Assembly (NCBI GenBank): GCA_027622665.1
Contig: JAQBYT010000001.1
Coordinates: forward strand, 160,001 to 224,000
DNA from: Verrucomicrobiota bacterium
Lineage (GTDB): Bacteria > Verrucomicrobiota > Verrucomicrobiia > Opitutales > Seribacteraceae
Reading direction: 5' to 3'
Length of the DNA: 64,000 nt
In this document: piece after piece, positions 30,300-41,428 of the stretch
How the letters are laid out: every line of letters begins with the position of its first letter
Numbering within the stretch: the stretch's first letter is position 1
Position numbers and translations under genes: made by a program
Notes under the pieces: model-generated
The model's input: only the letters and a program-made list of their open reading frames with translations
The model's database searches: none
What the model was told of the DNA's origin: nothing

Positions 30300-31748
30300 T
30301 CAGTTGGGAGCATTGCCACGGTTCCGGTCTTGCTCCATTTTCTGCTTAATCCAATTGGCCAAAGTGCTGCTTCCCCTGCCATAACCTCCTGGCAGCGGAC
30401 GAAGGTCGCGGGTCTGCCGAAGGGGCGGTTTGCCCCAATGCTTAGGATAAGGTTTTTTAGCGCCGGGCTTAATGGGACGTGGACGAATGGGACGAAGTTT
30501 GTCCGGAGGTTTCTTACCCCCAGTGCGACCAAAGATCATATCGTAAACCTCGCGAGGTTGTCGACGTTGGCCCGTGTTTTCATTGAACCAAGGACTGCCA
30601 CCGGTAAATACCATGCCGGGAGGAATCTTCTTTCCGCCCGCCAACCATTTATCGTAGGTCGGAACACCAGTTTTACCACTTTTCAAGTCGGCCAATTGCT
30701 TTTCCAAGTCACTCAGCTCAGCGAGGAATTTCCTGTGTCCCTCGGGGGTAAAGCGGGCTCTCTTCGCAAAATCCTTCATCTTGGCAATCTTTTGCTCAAG
30801 CGCTTGAATTTTCTTTTTTCTGGAACTTTTCCCCACGGTCGCCGAAGTTCCTTCCGTAACCGCTGCGTCAACCTTGATTCCTTTCGAATTGACCCGCTTT
30901 TGTAATGTGATGCTTGAAATATTGACTCCCTGGGTTGGGGCGTCGTCGGCAATCCTCGTGTCCTGAGTGTAACAGGCGAGTAGGAGTCCCTGCTTGTCGA
31001 AACGCAAACCGAGGCGCTGGAAGGGAGGAACGGGACGACCCAGAATCTCAGCGGCGTCCTTGTAAAGTTCGTCCAACGTCTTCGCCGGGTGGCCTTGCTT
31101 GTTCTTGCCTAGTTCGTTGCCCTTCTCGGTCCAGCCAGTGCCTTCTGGCTTGGCAGGTATCCGACTCGGAGCAACGGGTCTGGGGCGACCGGAGAACGAT
31201 TTGTAGCGTCGCTCCACCACTTTGTTGTTTTCCGCCACCACTTCGGTCGTGTGGCCGAAGCCCACCCAGCTACTCCATCGCTTGCTGTAGGTGTAATTCC
31301 CGCCGCATTCCTTTTTGAGAGTTTCCCAAGTGTTCAGGCTTTTTTCCAACTGGACGACCTTGGCCTTGTCCACGGGACCGCCTCCGCCTGGGCGAAAAAC
31401 AGGGGGACCAACGAGATCCGTCGCGGAAATTTCCAGTGGACGGGGTGGCGCAGGAACCGGTTGTATTTGGACGGATTGCGGTCTCGGTCCTTTTAGGATC
31501 TTGGACAGTTTATTGTTAGTGGTGGCATCGAGAACCACCAGACAATTCTGACATTTGTTTTCCTTGGAGCTGCATTTTCCGCAGAGCTTGTGGGCGGCGC
31601 TACTGGTAAAGCCCTTGCATTGGGGGCATTCGCCGATGGCTTGGATGTATGCGAGCCTGCTGCATTTTGGGCAAAATTTCGCCGCCATGGGACCAGTGAG
31701 AGTCAAGGAAAGGGCGAGCAGGGAAAACCAACGGAACTTGTTCATCAT
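30300..31748 (-). CDS. Secreted modular hypothetical protein (4x CxxC domain, Pro-rich linkers, several small domains)
   Basis: Signal peptide MMNKFRWFSLLALSLTL at ATG 31748; CPKC, CPQC, CGKC, CQNC; C-terminal PKHWGKPP..QTRDLRPLPGGYGRGSSTLANWI module. Confidence 0.75.
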   Translation of the reverse strand: MMNKFRWFSLLALSLTLTGPMAAKFCPKCSRLAYIQAIGECPQCKGFTSSAAHKLCGKCSSKENKCQNCLVVLDATTNNKLSKILKGPRPQSVQIQPVPAPPRPLEISATDLVGPPVFRPGGGGPVDKAKVVQLEKSLNTWETLKKECGGNYTYSKRWSSWVGFGHTTEVVAENNKVVERRYKSFSGRPRPVAPSRIPAKPEGTGWTEKGNELGKNKQGHPAKTLDELYKDAAEILGRPVPPFQRLGLRFDKQGLLLACYTQDTRIADDAPTQGVNISSITLQKRVNSKGIKVDAAVTEGTSATVGKSSRKKKIQALEQKIAKMKDFAKRARFTPEGHRKFLAELSDLEKQLADLKSGKTGVPTYDKWLAGGKKIPPGMVFTGGSPWFNENTGQRRQPREVYDMIFGRTGGKKPPDKLRPIRPRPIKPGAKKPYPKHWGKPPLRQTRDLRPLPGGYGRGSSTLANWIKQKMEQDRNRGNAPN

Positions 31749-32131
31749 ACGAGTGGGTTTAGTGGGTTTGCGCAAGACCTGCATTGCCACGGGGATTACT
31801 AGATGAACCTTTGGTAACATCCCATTCAAACACTGGTCAAGACCAAGGATTCAGCTGGTGATTGCACTATGATGGATTTCTTGGAACTTTCGGTTCGAGT
31901 CTTCGAGTAATCATCCTCGCTTGTGTGAGCTAGCCACTCTTCATCACCCTGGAAGCATTCGTGGCTATTCGTGGTTTCGTTCCCGTCTTTTGGCTTAGTC
32001 GAAGCCCTAGATGAGTGGGAGGGAAATCTGGGTTTCCCTATGGAGTGATTGCTTTTGACTGATGGTCCGCGGTGGGGACTGATCGGCAAATCCTGTCCTG
32101 CGTTTTTAGCGTTCCGTTGTCGGGCTCACGC

Positions 32132-33574
<1,443 letters not shown>

Positions 33575-33593
33575 CTCGGATTTTAGTGTTCAG

Positions 33594-36200
33594 TTAGTCT
33601 ACAAAAATAAATTCGTTCAGGCACAGCATTAGCTGGCAAAAATCGGCGACCGCCAAGTCGGCGGCGTTGCCAGTGCCGCCGTAGGATGCGGTCTGGCCAT
33701 TGATAAAGCCGACCATCTGCGCCTTCTCCGCAACGGTCGGCGGCCGCGACAGGGCCAGGGCGTAGGCCTGTTCGACCACCTGGTCGGGCGGCGTGTCGGC
33801 GGCGGGACGGATGCGCGTGACAAATTTTTCTGCCAGCTGGCGAGCGAGCGCCGAGTTCATCATCGCCAGCGCCTGTGGTGGGACGGTGGTGACGATGCGG
33901 TGGCCGATGCTCTGGATGGAGTCGGGCGCGTCGAACAGCTGCAACATAGGCACGAGGTTGCTGCGCTTCACGGTGAGGTAGATGCTACGCCGTGGGCTGG
34001 CCTGATCGAGCGAGCCCATGCCGAACATCGTCTTGTCGAGCGAGCCACTCACGGCGAGCAGGGTATCGCGGATGACCTCGGCCTCGAGACGCACCGTGCC
34101 GTGGCGCCACCACAGTCCGTTTTCCGGATCCGCCTTCACCGCCGCCGCGTTGGTCTCGCCCGACTGACGGTAGACAGCGCTCATCAGGATCTGTTTGTGG
34201 ATCGGCTTGAGCTTCCAGCCGCCGCGGACCAGCTCGACGGCGAGGAAGTCGAGCAGTTCCGGATGCGTCGGGCGGGTGCCCTGGCTACCGAGATCGCTCG
34301 GCGTCGCGACGATGCCGCGGCTCATGTGATGTTGCCACAGGCGGTTGACGATCACGCGTGCGAGCAGCGGGCCGGCACCTTGTTGTAGGTCGGTCAGCCA
34401 GCTCGCCAGTGCGACACGCGGCGGGACTGGCACTGGGTCGCCACCTTCAGCCGCCGTGTTCAACCACTGCTGCGCTGTCGTGCCCGACGTCTCCAGCACG
34501 CTCAAAAAGCCCGGCGTGGCGAGCTCCTGCTTAGCATACGAGTTGCCGCGCTCCAAGAAATACACCTTGCGGGTATCGGCACCAAAATTGTAAGTCGCGC
34601 CGCCTTTGCGCGCGGCGAATACCTTGGTGATAGCCGGCGTCGGCTGGGTCTTGAGGTGTTCTTGTTCGGCCAGGTTCAACTTGCTCCAGTCGGCGTCGCG
34701 CGGTGCATACCACTTCGCCAATTCCGCCTTCTGCTGGTCATTGCGCTTGTCGGCGGCCAGGTCGAAGATGTCTTGGATATTCTTGGGGATTCCGGGCTTG
34801 GTACTAAAGTAGAAACCCGAGGGACCCGAAGAGTTGACGATCTTGACCAGCAGATGGTTGGCACCGGCGAGCAGCTGCAGCGTGACCTTGTCCTGATCAG
34901 GCGACGCCCCCCCAGAGGTCTCCAGCGCATACACCTGCTTGCCGTTGAGGAACACCTTGATCGCGTCGTCGCGCCCGAGCGAGATCTCCAACGGCCTCGA
35001 CTCCCCCACCTCGATGGTGCGGTAGAGGTAGTTGGCGCTGTTGTCTCCCGTCAGCGTGTTGTGCACCTGGCCATCTTTCCACTCCGGCCGGGGCGTCCAC
35101 TTCAAGGCGTCGTAGGCCTTGCCGAGATCGATCTCCTTCTCCGGCGCGAACGCCTCCTCGAACGCTTTCTTAAAATCCGCCGCACCGAACGGCCCGATGA
35201 CTTGCCAGTCCCCCAGCTTCTCCGGCGACGGCGGTGCCGATCGCGTCGCCAGCCACTGATCTAATCTGCCGGACAGCTGGTCTTTCTCAAACTGCACCCG
35301 CGCATCGACGAAGGATTTGTGTGCCGCATCGAATTTCTCCTTGGCCACCCGCGTTCCGGCCGTATCAGGATCGTGGTCAAAATCTTGAAATCCGGTCTCG
35401 GCGAAGCAGGCCACGAAACGGTAATAGTCATGCGTGGTGAGCGGGTCGTATTTGTGATCATGGCACCTCGCACAACCGACAGTTAATCCCAACATCGACG
35501 TGCCGATGGTGCCGACGACATCGTCGAGTTGTTCATAGCGGCTCCGCTCGCGTTCTTTCTGGGTCTGCTGCGAAGTGAATGGCCCGGCGGCGAGAAATCC
35601 GGTGGCGGCCTGCGCCATGTAGCTCTCGGGCGCAATCTGGTCGCCGGCGATCTGCAGCCGCACGAATTGGTCGTAAGGCATGCCCTCATTGAGTGCCTTG
35701 ATGACGAAATCGCGGTAGTGGAACGCCCCTGCCCGATCCTGGTCGAAGGCGTAGCCGTTGCTCTCCGCGAAGCGCGCCAGGTCGAGCCAGTGGCGTGCCC
35801 AGCGCTCGCCATAGTGCGAGCCGGCCAGTAGACGGTCGATCAGGTGCTCGTAGGCGTCCGGCGAAGGATCGGCCACAAAGGCCTCGACCTCGGCGGGTTC
35901 GGGGGGTAGCCCCCACAGATCGAAGTAGACGCGCCGCACGAGCGTCCGGCGGTTAGCTTCGTCGTTCGGCGCGAGCCCCTGCGCCTGCAGCGGCGCGAGG
36001 ATGAAACGATCGATATCGGTGCGCACCCAAGGCGTTGCTTTCACCTGCGGCGGCGCGACCGCCTTGAGCGGCTGGAAAGACCAGAATCCGCGCCCGGGCT
36101 CGATGTCGATGGAGGCTTTGGTTACGCCTTTGACAGGTGCGGGCACATGGGCGAGCAACAGCAAGACGAAAGAGAGGGTCGCGGGAAACATTCGATTCAT
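33594..36200 (-). CDS. DUF1549 (PSCyt2) / DUF1553 (PSD1) protein with central beta-sandwich insert
   Basis: WSFQP, LVRRVYFDLWGLPP, YGERWARHWLDLARFAE, CARCHDHKYDP, ARVIVNRLWQHH, PTHPELLDFLA, RRSIY, PPQAL, NEFIFVD. Confidence 0.93.
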   Translation of the reverse strand: MNRMFPATLSFVLLLLAHVPAPVKGVTKASIDIEPGRGFWSFQPLKAVAPPQVKATPWVRTDIDRFILAPLQAQGLAPNDEANRRTLVRRVYFDLWGLPPEPAEVEAFVADPSPDAYEHLIDRLLAGSHYGERWARHWLDLARFAESNGYAFDQDRAGAFHYRDFVIKALNEGMPYDQFVRLQIAGDQIAPESYMAQAATGFLAAGPFTSQQTQKERERSRYEQLDDVVGTIGTSMLGLTVGCARCHDHKYDPLTTHDYYRFVACFAETGFQDFDHDPDTAGTRVAKEKFDAAHKSFVDARVQFEKDQLSGRLDQWLATRSAPPSPEKLGDWQVIGPFGAADFKKAFEEAFAPEKEIDLGKAYDALKWTPRPEWKDGQVHNTLTGDNSANYLYRTIEVGESRPLEISLGRDDAIKVFLNGKQVYALETSGGASPDQDKVTLQLLAGANHLLVKIVNSSGPSGFYFSTKPGIPKNIQDIFDLAADKRNDQQKAELAKWYAPRDADWSKLNLAEQEHLKTQPTPAITKVFAARKGGATYNFGADTRKVYFLERGNSYAKQELATPGFLSVLETSGTTAQQWLNTAAEGGDPVPVPPRVALASWLTDLQQGAGPLLARVIVNRLWQHHMSRGIVATPSDLGSQGTRPTHPELLDFLAVELVRGGWKLKPIHKQILMSAVYRQSGETNAAAVKADPENGLWWRHGTVRLEAEVIRDTLLAVSGSLDKTMFGMGSLDQASPRRSIYLTVKRSNLVPMLQLFDAPDSIQSIGHRIVTTVPPQALAMMNSALARQLAEKFVTRIRPAADTPPDQVVEQAYALALSRPPTVAEKAQMVGFINGQTASYGGTGNAADLAVADFCQLMLCLNEFIFVD

Positions 36201-36222
36201 GGATTCGGTAGCTTGTGGGAAA

Positions 36223-36351
36223 TCAGGATAAGTACGAACTCGGCCGGGTGCACGCCAGCAAGGCCAAGCTGGATGGGACCAGGGTTTTGTTCTTCCCGTC
36301 TCCGTCGATACGGATGGTTCTCAAGATAACCGAAAGACCGTCTTTTTCCAT
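36223..36351 (-). pseudogene. Remnant of a DUF6797-like gene (contains repeat copy B, 36276..36350)
   Basis: The ATG directly after the TAG of 36352..37842 opens MEKDGLSVILRTIRIDGDGKNKTLVPS, matching VEKDGLSAIIRTIRIAGDGKDKTLVLS of 27935..30199; it then diverges and stops after 42 aa. Confidence 0.75.
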
Positions 36352-37842
36352 CTACTCGAGCAATCGATTCAAGGTATACCAAGCCGTGTTGTTGGCCATG
36401 GAGCTAGCGTCCTTCGCCTTGTAGCCGTTGAGAACGATCTTGTACACACGCTCCGTCTCGAGCGGTGCCTCCAAGTGGACGCTTAGTCCATCCTCGGCCA
36501 CCGTCACTTTGGTGGGAGCCTCTTTCTTATGGTTCGTTTTTCCGGAGCCGTATTGGGGATGATAATGGTACCCCCAGCGCTCCACTAGATAACTTTTCGC
36601 CTCGCTGGCCAAGGTGGGATCAACCGGCTTGGTAAAGGTAATCCGAAATCCAGTCTTTGTGAGTTTGACGTCCTGCATGGAGAAGGGCTGTGTCTTGCCA
36701 TCCCAAACTAGGCGTTGGAGACCGAACTCCTTGCCGCCCGCCGAACCCCAACCTCGTCCCGTCTGACCCACCCAGAGGCTGCCGTCTTCGGCGAATACAT
36801 GCCGAATGCACCCCGTTTGAAGACGGTTCACAAAGTCGAATATAACGCCTTGGTAATCACCGCCCACCTTCTGAAGGGATACACGCATGATATTGGAACG
36901 ACCTTGGTCCCCGATGAACATTTGGTTCTCGAAAGGGCCGAATTTGCCGTCCGTGTAATTAAAGACAGGTTCTCCGGGAGAATTAGCCAGTTCGCCGTGT
37001 GGAATCCAGACGGCCGGGCGCGACCACAATTTTTCGTATTCCTTGATCGAAATGGCATTGAGATCCTTTCCCTTGTAATCGGGGTGATCCCACAGTGATG
37101 AGGGATGCCCGTGAAAACGACCCTTTACGATGTGATGCAGCGAGCTGGAAGCTTCCCAATCTCCTTGGTTGTCGGTGAAGAACAGTTCGTCATCCTTGCT
37201 TATGCCAATGCCGGCGGGAGAACGCAGACCTGCAGCGTAGGGCTCAAATTCACCGTCGGTGGTTACCTTGAAACACCAACCCCGATATTTCGCAGCGCGT
37301 CCCATTTTGCCATCGTGAACACGAGCAACGTCCCACTTATCACTGCCTGCCCAACCCGGCCAACTCAGCGAGGTGTTGAGCGTGCCATAGAAGTTCCCCT
37401 TCCTGTCGCGGACGAGACCAAAGGCGTACTCATGGTAATTGTCCGTCACTCCCCAGCCTGCGTTGAAAGTTTCGTAAAGGTCGGCTCGTCCATCCCGATT
37501 GGTATCGACCAATTTAGTTATTTCTCCTCGCTGAATTACAAAGGTCTCACTCGTCTTCGGGTCTATCCAGAGACCGAGCGATTCGTGAAGACCGTCCGCG
37601 AACAAGCTCCATTGATTTTTCTTTATGCTGTAATTCCAGACCTCTCCCTCACGCGTACAAATCATAAGTGAACCGTCCGGGGCGAACTCGAGTCCGCCGA
37701 CGCCAAGGGACACTCCCTGCGGAGTCTCGATTTTCTCGACTGAATATCCTGCGGGTATCCTAGCCGGCTTATCTTGAGCAGGGAGAGGGACAATCATGGT
37801 CGATATCCCGACAAAAGCGAAAAAGGAAAGAAAGGTTTTCAT
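36352..37842 (-). CDS. Secreted beta-propeller protein (glucose/sorbosone dehydrogenase-like), paralogous to the C-terminal part of 27935..30199
   Basis: Signal peptide; WSLFADGLHESLGL; DTNRDGRADLYE; NYHEYAFG; YAAGLRSPAGIG; TDNQGDW; GQTGRGWGS. Confidence 0.8.
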   Translation of the reverse strand: MKTFLSFFAFVGISTMIVPLPAQDKPARIPAGYSVEKIETPQGVSLGVGGLEFAPDGSLMICTREGEVWNYSIKKNQWSLFADGLHESLGLWIDPKTSETFVIQRGEITKLVDTNRDGRADLYETFNAGWGVTDNYHEYAFGLVRDRKGNFYGTLNTSLSWPGWAGSDKWDVARVHDGKMGRAAKYRGWCFKVTTDGEFEPYAAGLRSPAGIGISKDDELFFTDNQGDWEASSSLHHIVKGRFHGHPSSLWDHPDYKGKDLNAISIKEYEKLWSRPAVWIPHGELANSPGEPVFNYTDGKFGPFENQMFIGDQGRSNIMRVSLQKVGGDYQGVIFDFVNRLQTGCIRHVFAEDGSLWVGQTGRGWGSAGGKEFGLQRLVWDGKTQPFSMQDVKLTKTGFRITFTKPVDPTLASEAKSYLVERWGYHYHPQYGSGKTNHKKEAPTKVTVAEDGLSVHLEAPLETERVYKIVLNGYKAKDASSMANNTAWYTLNRLLE

Positions 37843-37864
37843 GATGAAAAAGGAAAGGAAGGAA

Positions 37865-38932
37865 TTAGTTGCGTTCTAGACTAACGAAAAACTCACCGGC
37901 CTGTTTTTTCGGGACCTGGAGAATGCCTTTTTTCGGAGACCACTTTCCCGCTGTCGATGATACCGAAAGTCCGTCACTCTTCAAAAGAAGATAAACATCA
38001 CCCATCGCTTTTTCCACGCGAAAACCGTAAGTGAGAGCTTTCGCGCCGAGTCTACCCGTAACTGTCTGGCTAACCTTGGCTCCATCCACCTCGTAGAGAA
38101 AGGCCGGATTGCCCAGTCTGGAATATCCTCTGAACCGAACCTTTGGTTTTTTGTCCGGGTTACCAATTCGCAAGGGAAATTCTTGTGAACCGACCTCAAA
38201 CTTGTCACCAAGTACTCGACAGGTTCCTCCTCCTCGACCCTTGCGATCAGGTCCTACATTTAAGAATTGTCCCACCCAGCCGAATCGCACCATCAGTGTT
38301 TCGGCATCAAAGAGGTAGTTCACGCCACCGGGCAAGCCAACCGCAATGGATCTACCTGAGTCCACTCCTTGAATGTGAACCCGCACCACGCGGGGTTCGT
38401 CACCCACCTCAAGAATGCCGTTTCTAGGCGTGGTATTTTCAGCCACAATTCTTTTTGCTTCGACAACTGCCTTAGCTGGGTTTTCGCTCACTTTCATCAC
38501 GCCTCGCATGGTGAGGAAGTGTCCGGGAAAGGTGCATACATAAGGGTAATCACCAGTCTTTTTGGGTGCGGTGAAGACTGTTGCCCCTTTCTTGCCAGGT
38601 TGTACCAAGCCGATGCTGGCGATAATGGCGTCATCTTGTGGAATGAAGCTTTTGGTCATCCCATCGGCACCTAGTTTGAGTGCACCGTCGGCGATACGGG
38701 CGAGCTCTTCGTTGCCTCCTTTGGCAAGCAACCAATTGTGAATCATCTCGTCGGTGTTATTCAGGGTTACACTGACGCGGGATCCTGGCTTAACTGCAAA
38801 AACTTCTGTAGCATAACGCAGTTGACCGTGCAATGTGCCAATAACGATGTCGTGCTCGATTTTTTTATCTTCGGCTTGTGCCGAAAAGACTCCCCAAAAA
38901 CAAATTGCGGTAATTAACAGTAATTCTTTCAT
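37865..38932 (-). CDS. Secreted azurin/auracyanin-like blue copper protein fused to a DUF6797-like domain
   Basis: Type-1 Cu ligands HNW...CTFPGHFLTM; C-terminal RSIAVGLPGGVNYLFDAETLMVRFGWVG. Confidence 0.85.
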   Translation of the reverse strand: MKELLLITAICFWGVFSAQAEDKKIEHDIVIGTLHGQLRYATEVFAVKPGSRVSVTLNNTDEMIHNWLLAKGGNEELARIADGALKLGADGMTKSFIPQDDAIIASIGLVQPGKKGATVFTAPKKTGDYPYVCTFPGHFLTMRGVMKVSENPAKAVVEAKRIVAENTTPRNGILEVGDEPRVVRVHIQGVDSGRSIAVGLPGGVNYLFDAETLMVRFGWVGQFLNVGPDRKGRGGGTCRVLGDKFEVGSQEFPLRIGNPDKKPKVRFRGYSRLGNPAFLYEVDGAKVSQTVTGRLGAKALTYGFRVEKAMGDVYLLLKSDGLSVSSTAGKWSPKKGILQVPKKQAGEFFVSLERN

Positions 38933-39011
38933 AAATTAACATGAGGATTAGCACATGCGATGGAGCAAGCAAGGCTCGAAGTGCATAGGAACTCGGATTG
39001 TATTCTTAAAC

Positions 39012-40181
39012 CTACTTAAACAAGACCGCGTACTCGGAAAGAATCCGAGTAGCTGTTTTGTCGCCGGAGGCAGATGCTTGGCGAAGCCAGTTTTCCGCTT
39101 TCGGGATGTCCTTTTCACAACCCCGACCAGTTAAAAGCATTAGGCCAAGGAAGCGAGCGGCCTCCGCATTTCCTTTGCGAGCCAAAGAGCGGAACAGGGA
39201 GAGTGCTCGTTCGTAATCCTGAGGCACGCCGACTCCCGCGTAATATTTACGAGCTTCCTCCAACTGAATCGCATCAGTCTTAATCGGAACTTTTGCGGTG
39301 GAAGAAATAACTGGGTTGGGAGGAGGCGTACCCATCCCGCGTTTGTAGAGTTGCTCCTTGGCTGCTAGATGGCCCTGTGCGGCAGCAAGTTTTAAAAGCC
39401 GTACTCCTTCGTCTTCTTCCTTTGGGAAATTTTCTTCGCCCTCGAGCAACAGAACTCCCAAGGTGTATTGAGCCTCAGAGAAATTCTGTTTCACCGCGAG
39501 GCGAAACCATCGAGAAGCTTGACTCGCGTTTTTAGGCACTCCATCGCCATTGTAATAGGCCATGCCTAGGTTGAATCGAGCTGAAAGAGAACGGCTTCTC
39601 GCTGCTGTAGAGAGTAAATCGATTCCCTTCCGAATGTCGTGTCCCGGGATCTCCAAGCCTTTGAGGCATAAAGACCCCAAAGTAGCCTGAGCCAAGGGAA
39701 ATCCCGCCTCTGCCGATTTGCGAAAATGCTCTACGGCCCTTGGAATATTAGTCGGACGGACTTGAAAATCAATTTCACCCATACAGAAGAGAGACACGGC
39801 GTCTCCACTTGAAGCCAATCGCTCAAGGCGAAGAGCCGCATCTTGATAGTATTGAGTCGCCAGTTCGAAATTCCCGTCATGCATGGCCAGGTTAGCGAGG
39901 TTATATAGGCCGAATGGATGATTTTTTTTTGCAGATACGCTGGACCACTGCTTGGCCAAGGATAAGTTCACGGCGGAACCAGCTTCACCGGCCCGCAAAT
40001 ATATGCCCAAAAGACCTTGAAAATAAGGAGACCCGGACTGAGCCTTTTCGATAATGCGGGGATAGGTAAGAGCGGGGCTCCACTTTTCTTCAAAATCCGC
40101 TGCACCTTTATAAGTAAAAGCCAATAGCAAGGCTGCCAGCCAAATCAATTTCCCCGAGCTAATATTTACTGAAACTTTCAT
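39012..40181 (-). CDS. Sel1-repeat (SLR) protein with signal peptide
   Basis: ARFNLGMAYYNGDGVPKN, AQYTLGVLLLEG, YYAGVGVPQDYERA, LGLMLLTGRGCEKD. Confidence 0.9.
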   Translation of the reverse strand: MKVSVNISSGKLIWLAALLLAFTYKGAADFEEKWSPALTYPRIIEKAQSGSPYFQGLLGIYLRAGEAGSAVNLSLAKQWSSVSAKKNHPFGLYNLANLAMHDGNFELATQYYQDAALRLERLASSGDAVSLFCMGEIDFQVRPTNIPRAVEHFRKSAEAGFPLAQATLGSLCLKGLEIPGHDIRKGIDLLSTAARSRSLSARFNLGMAYYNGDGVPKNASQASRWFRLAVKQNFSEAQYTLGVLLLEGEENFPKEEDEGVRLLKLAAAQGHLAAKEQLYKRGMGTPPPNPVISSTAKVPIKTDAIQLEEARKYYAGVGVPQDYERALSLFRSLARKGNAEAARFLGLMLLTGRGCEKDIPKAENWLRQASASGDKTATRILSEYAVLFK

Positions 40182-40267
40182 TTGTTCTTATAGAGTACAG
40201 GATAGAACGATACTGATCCAAGCTTGAAAACTTTCGTACTAGAAGACATATATATACTTTTCGTCAC

Positions 40268-41428
40268 ATGGTTCGCATACCCTACTTTAGAAGTTTTCTT
40301 TGCAGCATTCTTTGCGGCTTTGTTGCAGTGGGGAATTTTGAGAAGAAAGAAACTTACAAGCGCGAGGCAATTACCGTCGCCGCTCAACGCTTGGGGCAGA
40401 TCGTGGAACGAGAGCAACTGTTTCTGAAAAACTCCTCGTCGCCCAATAAGCCCCTCAGCGAACAAGAACTCACCCGAAGAGCCCAACAAATACTATCCGC
40501 ATACGAATCTTATCTCGAAGACAATCCTCGAGATGTTAACGGCCTCATACTTTATGGAAAGTTTCTTCGCCGAATGGGACAACCACGACACGCAACAGGC
40601 CTATTTCTTGAAGCAGACAAAATTGATCCTCGCTTAGCGGTAGTTAAACAAAACATTGCAAATTATCTCGTTGAAGAAGGACGATTGGCCGATGCATTGC
40701 CTTTCCTGTTGAAAGCAGTTGAGCTGGAACCAAAAGAACCGGTCTACCACCATCAACTTGGTACTTTTTTGTTTTTATTTAAGGAAGATTTATTGAGCTT
40801 GGGGATTGCATCCGTCCAAGCCAATGACCGCAGCATGCATGAGGCGTTTCGATCAGCAAGCAAACTGGCACCCGACAACTTCGAATATAAGTTGCGGTAC
40901 GCCCAAAGCTTCTTCGATATTTCCGACCCGGACTGGGACAAAGCCTTGGGCGTTTGGCAAGAGCTCCGAAATCAAGCCCGAGATCACCCGCTCTCGGAAC
41001 GAGAATATCTTGCATTGGGAGAAGCCCGCGTCATGACCCAGCTTGGCATGGAGAAAGAAGCGGTTACCATTCTGAAAACCATTACCTCTCCCTCATTGCG
41101 AGCTACGAGAGAAAGCTTAATCAAGGAGCTTAAGGAGTTGGATGCCACGGGGAAGCCGTCACCTAAAAAATCGGCTGAACCGAAAAAGCGGGATAATCGT
41201 AATACGCAACTCAGCCCACTGCCGGGCAAATTCATCGACGACAACTTGAGACGCCTGAGGCATGTTTCCTCAAGACTTGAGGAGGAAAAACTTCTTCGAG
41301 ACCTGCAAGCCGACGCGATTAGAGCCGATTACGACAATAACGGCCAAGTTCGGTTGCGATTAACTAGCTTTACCGAGGTAGAATCAGTTCCCTCGTCAAT
41401 ACGGAATTCGGATACTCGACACCGATGA
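40268..41428 (+). CDS. TPR-containing exported protein
   Basis: N-terminal hydrophobic stretch; TPR units ILYGKFLRRMG...FLEADKIDP and ALPFLLKAVELEPKEPVYHHQLG. Confidence 0.75.
   Translation: MVRIPYFRSFLCSILCGFVAVGNFEKKETYKREAITVAAQRLGQIVEREQLFLKNSSSPNKPLSEQELTRRAQQILSAYESYLEDNPRDVNGLILYGKFLRRMGQPRHATGLFLEADKIDPRLAVVKQNIANYLVEEGRLADALPFLLKAVELEPKEPVYHHQLGTFLFLFKEDLLSLGIASVQANDRSMHEAFRSASKLAPDNFEYKLRYAQSFFDISDPDWDKALGVWQELRNQARDHPLSEREYLALGEARVMTQLGMEKEAVTILKTITSPSLRATRESLIKELKELDATGKPSPKKSAEPKKRDNRNTQLSPLPGKFIDDNLRRLRHVSSRLEEEKLLRDLQADAIRADYDNNGQVRLRLTSFTEVESVPSSIRNSDTRHR

Noticed and set aside
31826..32089. 87-aa ORF in the spacer
   Set aside because: TTG start, low-complexity Ser-rich composition and no recognisable motif.
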